NCBI GenBank assembly: GCA_965202585.1
Contig: OZ241829.1
Coordinates: 19,778,001-19,842,000 of the forward strand
Direction: 5' to 3'
Length of the DNA: 64,000 nt
From: Thalia democratica
Lineage: Eukaryota
This document shows, piece after piece, positions 1 through 11,100 of the stretch (positions are counted from its first letter, which is position 1; each line of letters starts with the position of its first letter). The position numbers were made by a program, and so were the translations under genes. Under the pieces are notes generated by a model. That model was not told the DNA's origin and ran no database searches. It worked only from the letters and a program-made list of their open reading frames with translations.

Positions 1-380
1 GTAGAAATTAGATATAAAAGTTGTAACTGAGAACAAATAGTTTAAAAAAGTATTGAGTACTCAAAGATAGACCAACAATAATTTTTGATCACAGCTTTAA
101 TTTAGGTTTCAAAAAGTCATAAAGTTCTTGATAAAACAAAATTTATGTTATTTTCAAACTTTATTAACATTAAAACAAAGTTGTTAGTTAAATTATAAAC
201 TTTAGTTAAACTATGTTGCTTAGAACAACAACAACCTAGATATTTACTAAAGCACTCGCTAACAATATTTTAGATGTCTTATAAACTTTTTTCAGTATAA
301 TTTAACATTTTATTTTGATAACATCTAATATTTGAATGAAACAGTTAATTTTTTAGTTTTTGTTCTAGTTAAATTTTTAG

Positions 381-708
381 TACAACTATCGCATGATGAG
401 TAGTGAGGAACAACAGAAGCTGGACTGTTTTGAAAGCAAGCTCGACCCGTCTCTGAAGCACGATTTCCATGGAAACAAGTACTCTCTTTTCATCGGTGGG
501 TTGAAGCAAGACACCAAGGATGACGTCATAAAGAAACTTGAGAGCATGGGCGTCACTGACGTCATAGACGTGAGGGTTTTCGTCGAAGTGGACCGTTTCA
601 GGGTTGTGAAGTATGCCGAAGTGCATTTGTTCTCAGTGGAGTCGGTGGAAATAATCAAGCAAAAGTCTGAAGGCGTTTTCGAAAAAGTTCTGCCTTTTTC
701 CAGACAAG
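381..708 (+). CDS. Exon of an RRM-domain (RNA-binding) protein gene; other exons uncertain or outside the window
   Basis: Acceptor tttttag at 374-380, open frame YNYRMMSSEEQQ...SRQ, donor CAAG|gtttct at 709. RNP2-like SLFIGGL and RNP1-like KYAEVHL at RRM spacing. GC-rich codons against an AT-rich background. Confidence 0.7.
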
Positions 709-988
709 GTTTCTTTGATCTTTAATGTTGTGAAGCAATCTATGATTCAATTCTAATTTAAATCGCTCGTGTTAAAACTTAAATGCTTTTAAAATATAAT
801 GCTGTTTGCTTTTTTATATCTGACTTTATAAATATATATGCTTTTGTTGCCATGATTTTTGTTGATATTTGTATGAATAAAATGGGTATATGTTTGTATA
901 ATAAATTAAAAAGCAAGCTTTTGTCAAATTTTTTCGTTGTATCGAAGTTTTTTTTAAAGGAGATCCAAACTTTGATGTTGTAAGTTAG

Positions 989-1025
989 GTTTAAACACCA
1001 CGCATAATGTATTACAAGGAAAATG
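989..1025 (+). CDS. Possible next exon of the RRM gene (GLNTTHNVLQGKW)
   Basis: ttag|...|gtaaaa, phase 1 to 2, compatible with 708 upstream and 1621 downstream. No homology support. Confidence 0.25.
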
Positions 1026-1271
1026 GTAAAATAAAAATTACTTTTTTAGTACTTTGTAGATTTTTCTAAGATGATTTAAATAACACTGTTTAAGTAGTTT
1101 CTTACGTATATTCTGTAAATATAATATTATAGTTTTAAGTATCTCAAATCTTCCCTTGGTTGTGTGTTGTTCTTCGTGATTTTTTTTGTCTTTATCAAAG
1201 TCGTTTTAAATAAAAAAGACTTTTTAAACGATTGTAAATAGAATGTGAGAAACTAATTTCTTTAAAAACAG

Positions 1272-1348
1272 TGAACACGAAATATTACATGGAAGTTGTT
1301 TTTGAAAATTATGTCATTCCTGGTCGAGATGAAGAAAATTTTAATTAA
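1272..1348 (+). CDS. Possible alternative terminal exon of the RRM gene (VNTKYYMEVVFENYVIPGRDEENFN*)
   Basis: aaacag acceptor, phase 1 matches the 708 donor, TAA at 1346-1348. No homology support. Confidence 0.25.
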
Positions 1349-1620
1349 GAAAAGATAAAATCGTTATTATTATTTGTATATTTAAAGATTAATCGTTATT
1401 TAAAAAGATTTTATTTATGATTAGTTTGCAATTAACGTAATCAAAAGATCAAACTATAAATTCAAACCTGTTTATTAAAATTATAATTAGCTTTTTTTAA
1501 CGTGTATCTAACTGTTGTTCGGAAATACTTAAGTTACTTTATTTTGTTTTTACTTTTTTAACCCTGTTAACTTTCGGATTGTCTCAGTTTATTTTACATA
1601 TCTAGTTCTATGCATTTCAG

Positions 1621-1666
1621 GAGTCTTTCTCATGCACACAAACATTTGTTAGTGTGTAAAAGCTAA
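1621..1666 (+). CDS. Possible terminal exon of the RRM gene (SLSHAHKHLLVCKS*)
   Basis: Good acceptor gcatttcag at 1612-1620; phase 2 matches 989-1025. Confidence 0.2.
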
Positions 1667-4600
1667 GATAATATAAGACTCAGTAAAAGTTAATAAGTAG
1701 TAAGTTTTAGTTCAAAAATTGATAACTTTAATGAATTTCTGTTCTACATAAAAAAGTTTAATTTTTATTTAACTTTTCGTAACTTATGTCACTTTAAAGA
1801 ATAACCATTACAAACTTAGTTTTGTTAAGATGTTTAAAGGCTTGTAATTCTAAAACTATTTTATTAAAGTTTAACAAAAAGAGCCTACAAACCACAAATA
1901 AGTACTTGTTATTTACTATGTATTGTAAACTATTACAAAGTATTTTATTATTTGCCGGAAAGATTGAAACAATGTGGTAAATTATTTTTTCTCGTGTAAT
2001 GATTCCTTTAAAAGTTTTAATCAATGTTTTTTCTAATAAGCTAACAAAAGTTCAGGACTTAAGAGGATTCGATTTTTAGGTTTGTTTTAGCTTTACATTT
2101 GTTTTAACTTACCAAATCATCTAGCATTTGTTTGTATATAAATTGGAATAAACCTTTAATCTGATTGTTATCTAGTTTTTGCTATAAGTCAAAATATAAG
2201 TAAAAGTCTGAAAACTAATATTAGTCCTTTCTCAAATGCGATAAGCAAAAAAATTTAAAACAAAAGGTAATATTTTTAATACAGTTATAAAGTCATTAAA
2301 GTGTACTGTAAAACAAAAAAAAAGTAGAAAAATATTAACAATAGTGAAGGCTTTTATTACGTTTAACTTCTTTGACTTTTTATCATAAACTATGATGTTA
2401 CAGTTGTTTTATTGTATAAAAATTTTAAAGGAAAATTTATTTATACTAATTTCAAAAATATAAATTTAAAGAGATCATTTAAAAAAAATAATTAAACAAC
2501 AAAACGAGAGGAGTTTGTTTATAATGAAATTGCTAGTTTACTTTGAAAAGAGATTTTTTTTAATTTGTTGATAAAATTTTAAAATCTAACTAACTGTTTA
2601 AGTATTTTTTTTCTTAGATTAAAGCGTACTTAACCTGTTAAATAATAATACATTTTAAATTACTGAAAAACACTAGTGATATGCAAAATTTAACCCATTT
2701 TCTTTTTGATTGTAGTTTAGTTTTTAGAACTCAGCAAAATGTTTTAATTCAGCGATATTTTTTAATTTGAAAATAAAATTAGTTCATATAAAACCTTGAA
2801 AGATTAACTAGGTACGTAAAACATTTAAAAAACTTATTTAAAGAATTATAACACAGTGCTTTGATCAATAAAATAATAATAATTGAGTAAAACAAGCATA
2901 TCAGTTAAAAGCATACCATAAGTATGTGAGTAGTATATATTAGCTAAAAATCTTTAATATCCCACCAGTCTCAACTTTATACAATTCCCTAGTTTTTTTT
3001 AGAAAAAAGTATAGTAAACAGCTGAACTGAAGAGCTTTGTATGTGTTGAATTATTTTGGTTGCTAAAATGTATAAAGAATGGGTTTGCACTTTAATGGAT
3101 ACACTTTTATTTGAACTAAATAAAAATGCAGAAAGTTTAGAGTGTATTTATGAAAAAAAGAATACTTTTTAACTAAACATAATCTGAACAATGACAAGTA
3201 TGATTGTCGGGATAAATATTTTTTATTGACTTTTCGAAACTATTTATTCTCTTGACTTCAGTTTTTAATATTATAGTTTTTAGTTTACATACTAAAATTA
3301 TATTTACTTGTTATAAATAAAATTAAGTAAAAAATTAATTAAAACAACTATGCTAAGTATTAATAAAGCATTGTTTTCATTTACTTTATATAAATTGTAC
3401 ACTAAAAGTGAATTCATTAAATTTAAGTAGAAAACATTATAGACAAAGAAATCAAGTTGTAGTGAAGTTTTTCGTTTTTTATAAACTATAAATACTACGC
3501 AATTTTTTTTACAACAGGTATCTAAGCCCATACTGAAATATTTAACAGTACAAAAGATTTACCTTCACCTAATCAATAGTGGTTAAGTTTTTACTAATAA
3601 AGTATTTAAAAGATAAGAGATATTTAATATAGAAAATCTTTAAATATGCACTTAAATTACTAAAAAGTTGTTTTTTAAATCGATGAGCGATTTCGACTAA
3701 TTTGTGAGACATTTGACTTAACTTTTTTTGGATCTTTCTGAAGTATGTATTGCAATACAAAACATATAGGTTCTAGTAAAAAAAAAACTAGGACTATTAT
3801 TAAAAGTATCAAACTAAAATAAGGATATAACTAACTAACTTAATAACAATTACCTGTACTTTATTAGAATATTTCTATCCTAAACTATTTAAGTTAATTA
3901 ATACAATCTTACTTGCATTGCAATCTAGTACAATTATTACAAAGCTTAAAGTTCGAAATAATATTTTAAATAAAACTTTTAAAACAAAATAAATAAAGTA
4001 TACAAGCAGCGAGATTCTTTTAATACCAACTCAAATAAGTTTATTCAAGGTATCAATAAGCGAACTTAAAAGAAATAAAAAAACCATAAACAGCAACAAG
4101 TAAGTGGAAATAATACTAAATTGGAATGACCACTTTGGTCTTATTTTAATTATGACGTAACAACCTATCATATACAGCAAAAATATCGCCCGAAATTAAC
4201 GTAATCGACCGGAATTTGCCTATATAAACTTGTACAACTAGAACACACAGCATTGCAGCTTTAAAAACATTTCTAAAATTTAAAAATGTTAGAAAAAAAT
4301 TAATTAATATCAAACTCTTCAATAAGTGGTCTTTCAATTTTTTTTTTGGTCGAACAACTTTTTAGCACGATGAGTAAAACTAAAACTCGTACAACCGAGC
4401 AAAAAGAGAGCAGAAGAACAGTTTCGCCCAACGGAAAGTTTTCATGAATGATGATGTTTTTGTTAGCGCGTGCCACAACAAAAAAGCGCGGGAAAATATA
4501 AAATAAAATTAAACGTAAATTTTCAAAAAGGCAAAACAGCATTACATCCTTCCACTTTTTATTTGCAAGAATTTCTATCCATAATGTGTCCTTGAATCTT

Positions 4601-4857
4601 AGAGGGCGTGCAGCTCTTTTGTAGAATCTTTAAAAAGTAAAATACTGAATTATAGCACTTGGCTTTATACGATCAAGTAAGATCATTTAAAGCGTTAATA
4701 TATCAGATGTTTCTTTTTAAATTTTTGCTAAGTCATGGTAAAATAAGAGTTTTGTCTGAAGCTAAACAAAAGTTTAACAAACAAAATAAAAAAAACTAAG
4801 CTCATTACATCAAAATGACAGGGTTCAAACAGTAAAACTCACTTAAGGGAAAACCCC

Positions 4858-5134
4858 TCAATCGTAACTCTCGTCGATCTCCATTTTGGGCGTAGTTTCA
4901 CCGTTGTCCTCCTCTTCCTCATTGTTGCTCCCTTCCTCGTCCCTCGAGGAGCTTTCGTCCTCCTGGGGGGAGTTCACCGCGGACCCCTGATCCGTCAGCT
5001 CCCCGTCGTTGGCAACCGAGTCGTCTTCCCTGGCAACCGAGTCCGAGTCTTCCTTAGTAACGGTGTCCACGGACTTGGGTTCGGTGGGGGAGGAGGGCTG
5101 CAGTTCCGGGTTGTTGTCGAGCGCGAGTTGCCAC
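4858..5134 (-). CDS. BAZ2B: BAZ2-like exon 39 (last): end of bromodomain and acidic tail
   Basis: ctttag| acceptor, RWQLALD...DESYD, TGA at 4858-4860. Confidence 0.9.
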
Positions 5135-8100
5135 CTAAAGTATTAAAAGTACTGTGACGTAACAAATCTGAAATGAAAATTAAATAATTTTTACGAGGTT
5201 ATAGTTTTTTTGTGTATAAACGCAGATTTGAAATTTAATTAAACAAAAAGAAACTAAACCTTATCTTTAACTAAACTAAATATAAAATGAAGACATGTAA
5301 ATTTTGAATAATATAGTTATTTGTATAAATCACCTTTTTTCAAAGAATTCAGACACACTTATGCCGGCTCTTCCAACCTCGGAGTCGTCGACGTTGAAAA
5401 CCTTGCAGTTTTCGAAAACGAGCCTCACGTCAGCCGCAAACTGCTCCACTCCCTTGTATCTGTTAGAAAAAAAAAAGAATATAAATACAAACAGTTAAAT
5501 TTATTGTTAAACTTTGTACACATTTAGTTACATATTTTATTAGCTTTGAAAGTCATAGTATTTAACCTGTATAAAAAGTATAGATAGAATAAACAGTATA
5601 AACCAATACTTTTCAAAACATAAGTTCCAGTAATGATGATGAAAAATAGTAATTGTTTTTTTAAGCGGACAATTTTAACAATTTAGTTTCGCAGAAACAC
5701 TTTACAACCAAACAACCTAAAAAGTACAGCGTTTTTTACCTGAAATCAAATCAACAAATATACTTATGCACCAACAAATCCAACCTGTTCTTGTTCAGCC
5801 TCTTCCTGATGGTCTCGAAGTCCATGGGCTTCTTGATGATGGCCTTGTACGACGGGATCTGGTTGAGGTCGACGGGGTGGAGGAAGAAATACGCCTCCTC
5901 GTGCTCGCTAATCTCCTCCAGCACCTCCCGGCACATCAGTTTAACCGGGTTCTTGCACCTGCTACCGCCACGGTTCGATGGTTTCTTGCCCTTCGCGTTG
6001 GCGGGCTTCTTCTTGGGTGCCGGGCGCGCTCTCTGTTGGGTTGTTTGTTTGAATTTGATAGCTTTTTTTGCATGTGTAACTTTAAAAGACGCTCTCTGCG
6101 TTTGGTTGTTTGTTTTTGTGATTTAAAGTGCGTAGTTTTCTTTGTACGTTTCTAACAACCTTTTGTGAAAAGTTAAGTGTCTATAAAGTTGTTACTTAAT
6201 CAATATATAACAGTGTACTCAATATCAGTTTTACATTGTATAACTAAACACATGCGTCATAAGCTTTTGATGCCTTGAGTATACAAAAACTTTGAATGAT
6301 CAAGTAGTGGAAAATGCAATATTTTAATAAACGCAACATATAAAATGTGTAAACATTTTATGGTTTTCAAAAATTATTTCAAATTAGTTAAACAAATATC
6401 AAGGTATACAAATGCTAACGGGAGTGGGCCTCTTCTTTTTAGGTTTTGGTCTCGACTTTGGAGTGGAGGGCTTTGTGACGTCACTATCTACGGTGACGTC
6501 ATTGACGTACGCGTTGCTTTCAGTAAGCGCTTGTGTTTCTTTGCTTCTGTATTTGTAAAGTTAATTATTTTATTTTGAGTTACTTTTTATCAATTTAGTA
6601 TTCCTTAAAATAACTGCGTATAATATTAATCTCTAAGTTTAATAATACTGTTTTATTTGAAATAGCTTGATATATAATCTTATCTAACAACTTATGAATT
6701 ATTAACGTATAGATCATTACAAGCTATTAAAGTTACTTATTTTTAAGTTAACAATGCATAATTAAGTCGTAAAATAAAAATTAAAATGTTGAAAAAAATA
6801 CTAACTGAGCTTCAGTCTCATCGACGATCATCTCGCCTTCTTCTTCGACCTCCCTATTCTTCTGCGGGGTCTTCGGAGCCTCCTGGCACTTCCTCTTCTT
6901 GCTGGGAGGAGGGGGTAAGGTGGCCCTTTTCTCCGGAGCCGGCCTCTTCTTGGAGGGTTTGGGTGAGGACTGGTTGTTTGCTTTTCTGGTCGGCGTACGC
7001 AGAATCTGCTGTAAGAAGAAATAAATAAAACAACACGCCTAAAGCAGAGTATATGGTGTTTGATTTTGTTGTGCTTACAAATTGTATAAAATAAACCACG
7101 GTTATAAGTACGCATACTCTCCAAGCAATTTTTAATATCGTTTATAGTGGTTAGGTTTATAATTTGGAAAAATTTAATTACATGTATTAAGCACTTAACC
7201 AGTAAAAGTTAAAGTTTTGTGTTTTATTAGTTTGACTTTGCCTAATGCTGTAAAGGATTTCCTTAGCTGAACTTCTATCAAGTTCAGGAGTTTTAAACCA
7301 TGATGCTGAGTTACTTAAAACTTGTATTAAAAAAATATAATCAAATAAAACTAACTTCAGGTATTTTACACCATGACACTGAGTTATTGAAAACTTGTAT
7401 GGCCATGGCTAACTGAGCTGCGCTCGATGCGCTTCCCACCGCGTTCCTCCACGTTCTCAATCCGGCAGCCACATCTCCAGCTCTGTAGATTGAGATAAAA
7501 TAAAGCATTTAAAAGCTAGAAACAGGTTCAGTTGTTGAAATGTGAAACAAAGTATTGAAACTTGATGCTTGTTTTTTTTTACAACTGCTTATAAAAAGCT
7601 TTATAAGTTGAAAGTATTAACACTCCAAAAATCCGAAACGCAAACAAGTCATTTTTTCCAAACAACTTAACAAATGTTTTATAGTTTTAAAAAATCATCA
7701 AACCAACAAATACAAAGAACAACTTACTTACGCTTTCAACTCAAAAAGTAGAACCTTATTTATTTTAAACTTTCACAAAGTAAATTTTTCACAAATGTTT
7801 GTTTAATATACAAACCCGGATTCGGAGAGGGAGGGGAGGTTGTTAAACTCGCTCGCTCCCCCCTTTCTCACAAGAGGGGGTTTCAGGAACGCCCTGGGCA
7901 CGTTCTGCTCGATCTTCTGGAGGAGGGAAGACGCCTCGCCCAAAACCGTGATGACGTCATCATCGTCGTCGTCATGGTTGCGTTGTTGCTGTGACGTGTT
8001 AAAGAGGTCTTCGCGCAGCGACATCTTGGGGTGGGACGACCACGTCTGTTTAAAAGAAAAAATATTTTAGCTTTAAGTTTCTGAGTTCTAGGTTAAAGTT

Positions 8101-11100
8101 AGTTGCTTGTTGTTTTTTATTATTTTAACTTTAATTTTTTTGACTGGTCATAAGTGTTATAGTTCATTAGCAAACTCTTTTTGGCAACTTCGACACTTAA
8201 TGTTTTTAATTGTAGTGATTAACTGTGAAACAGTAATATATTTACACTAGTAAAGGGGCGACACAACTTTTCAAATAAATTGCCAAATTAGTTTAGTTTA
8301 GTCGCTTAAGATTTTCCATATTTTCTCAGACCACTAAAAAGTAACAACTATTTTTTCTACTAACACTGTTGAGTATTCCTTGCGCGATGCATCTGTCGAG
8401 GATGTCTTCCACTCTCTTCAAGACTTTCATCTCAGAATTGTACAACGTCGTTTTCAGATCCTCAAACATTTCTTTTCTTTGTTGCTGGTCTGAAGCAAAA
8501 AATAGTTGTTTCAACTTCTAAAACAGTTAGCTGGTTTCTGACCTTACATACAATTAGTCACTTAGTTTGAGTTTAAAAATATTTATTTATCTTCAAATGT
8601 TGTACAAATATCATATAAACAATTGAACTGTTATTAAAAAATTAAGCAAGAATAAGTAAGTACAAAAATAAATACTTAATTAATAGTTATAATTAACCTA
8701 AAGGATAATCTAACTAAAATTACCTTCTTCAGCAACTTTACATTCCTCCCTGGTATCAAGCGATTCAGCCAGGTATTTCTTGTATTTAGTCAGTTTTCCG
8801 TGCAGCTCTTTCTCTCTGTCGCCCCTAGTGTGCAAACTGACCATGACGTCATCGAACTTCTTCTCGTTGTCGATTCGCCACCAGCCGTATTTCTTTTCTG
8901 TAAAAAAATAAATCGGGTTTAGTTTTAGATTTTAAAACGAAAGTAATTTGAAATAGTATTCAAATAGCAATTTAAGCTTTTTGTTCCTTGAAAAAAATGC
9001 ATGTCAAAGTTTATATAAGTAAAAGGTACTGTACTTCTTTTCTGACATTAGAAAAATGGAACTGATTTTAAAAAGTACTTTTTTAACCCTATAACTTCGA
9101 TTAAGGTAACAGTTGAAGTTTCAAGTTGTTTTGAATGACACATGCCAAAATTTAAAAAAAAATCGAAATATCTATCATGTATATAAAGCTAAAGTCTTGT
9201 AGAAAAATATATGTACGAATATCCTTATCGCATGTTTTAACACTTGGTTTTTAAAACATAATGATTTTAATTTTTTAATTTAAATTTTTATTATTATTAT
9301 TTTTTGTAATATAATTTGCAAATGTAATTTTTTTTTAATAAAAATAACATTTATCCTTATTCACCTTTGGGGTACTTCACTCTCTCGGGCAGCAGGTTCT
9401 CCAGCTCGAAGCCCTGCTGCAGCTGTTCCGGGGTCGGGGTGCCCAGGAACCTCTGGTGCACCACCAGGTGGTGGGAGCCCGACTCGCACGTGGCCGTCGA
9501 TTCCGGCGTCATCGTCACTTCTCTCACGTCGCATTTCGTGACGTCGCACGTTGGTTTGGTGACGTCAGCGCTCGGTTTCGTGACGTCACAGTTGTTTTTG
9601 TTGCTGAGGGGTTGTTGGGGGGTTGTGAGGTCGACCGCCCCGTTTGTCGCCGGTCTCTCCTCGCTGTGGCCGTTGCTGAGAAGTGAATGTTTGTTAACAC
9701 TTTTTATTGCTTATCACAAAAGTTTGCTTGAAAGTAAATCATTATAATTACTTTTTAATATTTACAGTAAATGTGTACAAACCAGATCTTAGTAGAGCTT
9801 TAACTTTAAGACAGAATTTTGTTACCTTCTTTGTAACTAATTATACAATGCTTAATTAACATTTTTAATTGTTAAACAGAAAGTGGTCTCGATGGAAGTT
9901 TTAACGCTAGCTCTTTACTACGGTTTTAAAAATAAACACGTTATAAATATTTCTTTAAGATCAAACACTTACATTTTAGGTTCTCCGTTCACAGTAGGTT
10001 CGGAAAAGTTGCCTCCACCATTAATTTTCGGCTGAATATTTGATTCGTAGTTGTTTGGAGAATTACTGCTATCTCCCGGTATCTGTACGACAAATACATA
10101 TTACAATCAAACTAACAAGGTGTGTCATTAGCAAAAATAATTTGAACCGAAACAACAGGTATAAAGTTTCAGCAGCAAAAAAATCATTTTTCAACAACAA
10201 ACAACACGAACCTCGACTGCAGAGTCGCCGTTACTGACGGGTTTTTCGACTTCTCCAGTTCCGTTGACTCCCGTCTTCCCGGGCGCCTCTTCCACCTCCA
10301 TCTCATCCCCGTTCGCCTTCTCCTCTTCTTCTTCCTCGTCGCTGGTCTCCGGAGCTCTCATGTCGTCGGCGTCTCGCTCGTCGCAATCGAGAACGCTCTC
10401 GAGGCCTTCCACGTAGACCTGGTGGTTGAAATATCAGTTTTTATCAGTTTGGGGACTTTTAAAAGAAAGCAAGTTTGTAATCAGTGATAAACTTGGAAGT
10501 AGAGACAACACTATGCTGTGGGGTTTCTTTGCTGAGTTTGTGTTCAGCAAAACTTGGCAAATTTTCAAACACTCAAGTGGTTATAAAAATTTGTGTTTGA
10601 TAAAAAAAAATTCTACTTTGTTAAAAGTGGACTTATACATAATTTTAGACTCCAACTAGTACACAATAGTATAACCCCGTATGAAACAACAAGCAAACTA
10701 GTTAACATAATAAAATGTAACAAAATTTAATTTCAGCTTACCCCTCCGAGGTTGGAAAGCAGCCAGTACCTCCGCTTGTACCTGTCCAGACCGCAGTCCA
10801 GGGACCTGAGCGGCTTGGTGGACACGAACAACTTGTCCGTAAACGAGTGGTGCTCCTGAATGTATGTTGGATTTATTTAAATAAGAAAAAAAAAATTAAA
10901 CTTATTTTAATAATAATTGCATGTTAAAGTTGTAAATTATAAATTTTATGTGTTTGAACTTTAGTTGCTGTTCCTGTTTGTATGTTGGATGTAAACGGAG
11001 AAAGAAAGAAGAAAAAAAAAGCTTCTTTTCGATACACTTATGTTATTGCAAATATTGTTAAAAATTTTTTTTTAATATTAATTGTTGTAAAAAAAGTTGT

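Noticed and set aside
4300-4860. Stop-codon readthrough or SECIS after the TGA of BAZ2
   Set aside because: Readthrough adds only GVFP before TAA; no convincing SECIS geometry.
6096-6160. Further upstream acceptor (gttgttag) for exon 37 near 6153
   Set aside because: In phase 0 it puts the exon in a frame that hits TAG before the bromodomain.
7035-7087. Intron 34 frame YTICKHNKIKHHILCFRR as a decayed PHD finger remnant
   Set aside because: Only two cysteines at roughly the right spacing, no flanking splice sites in phase; consistent with chance.
7268-7288. 8-bp inverted repeat ctgaactt-ctatc-aagttcag
   Set aside because: Short hairpins of this size are expected by chance in 64 kb; too short for a miRNA precursor.
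7732-7754. Possible mini-exon ending in aagc|gtaagt in intron 33
   Set aside because: The available acceptors give 8 or 23 nt, which break the phase 2-to-2 requirement.
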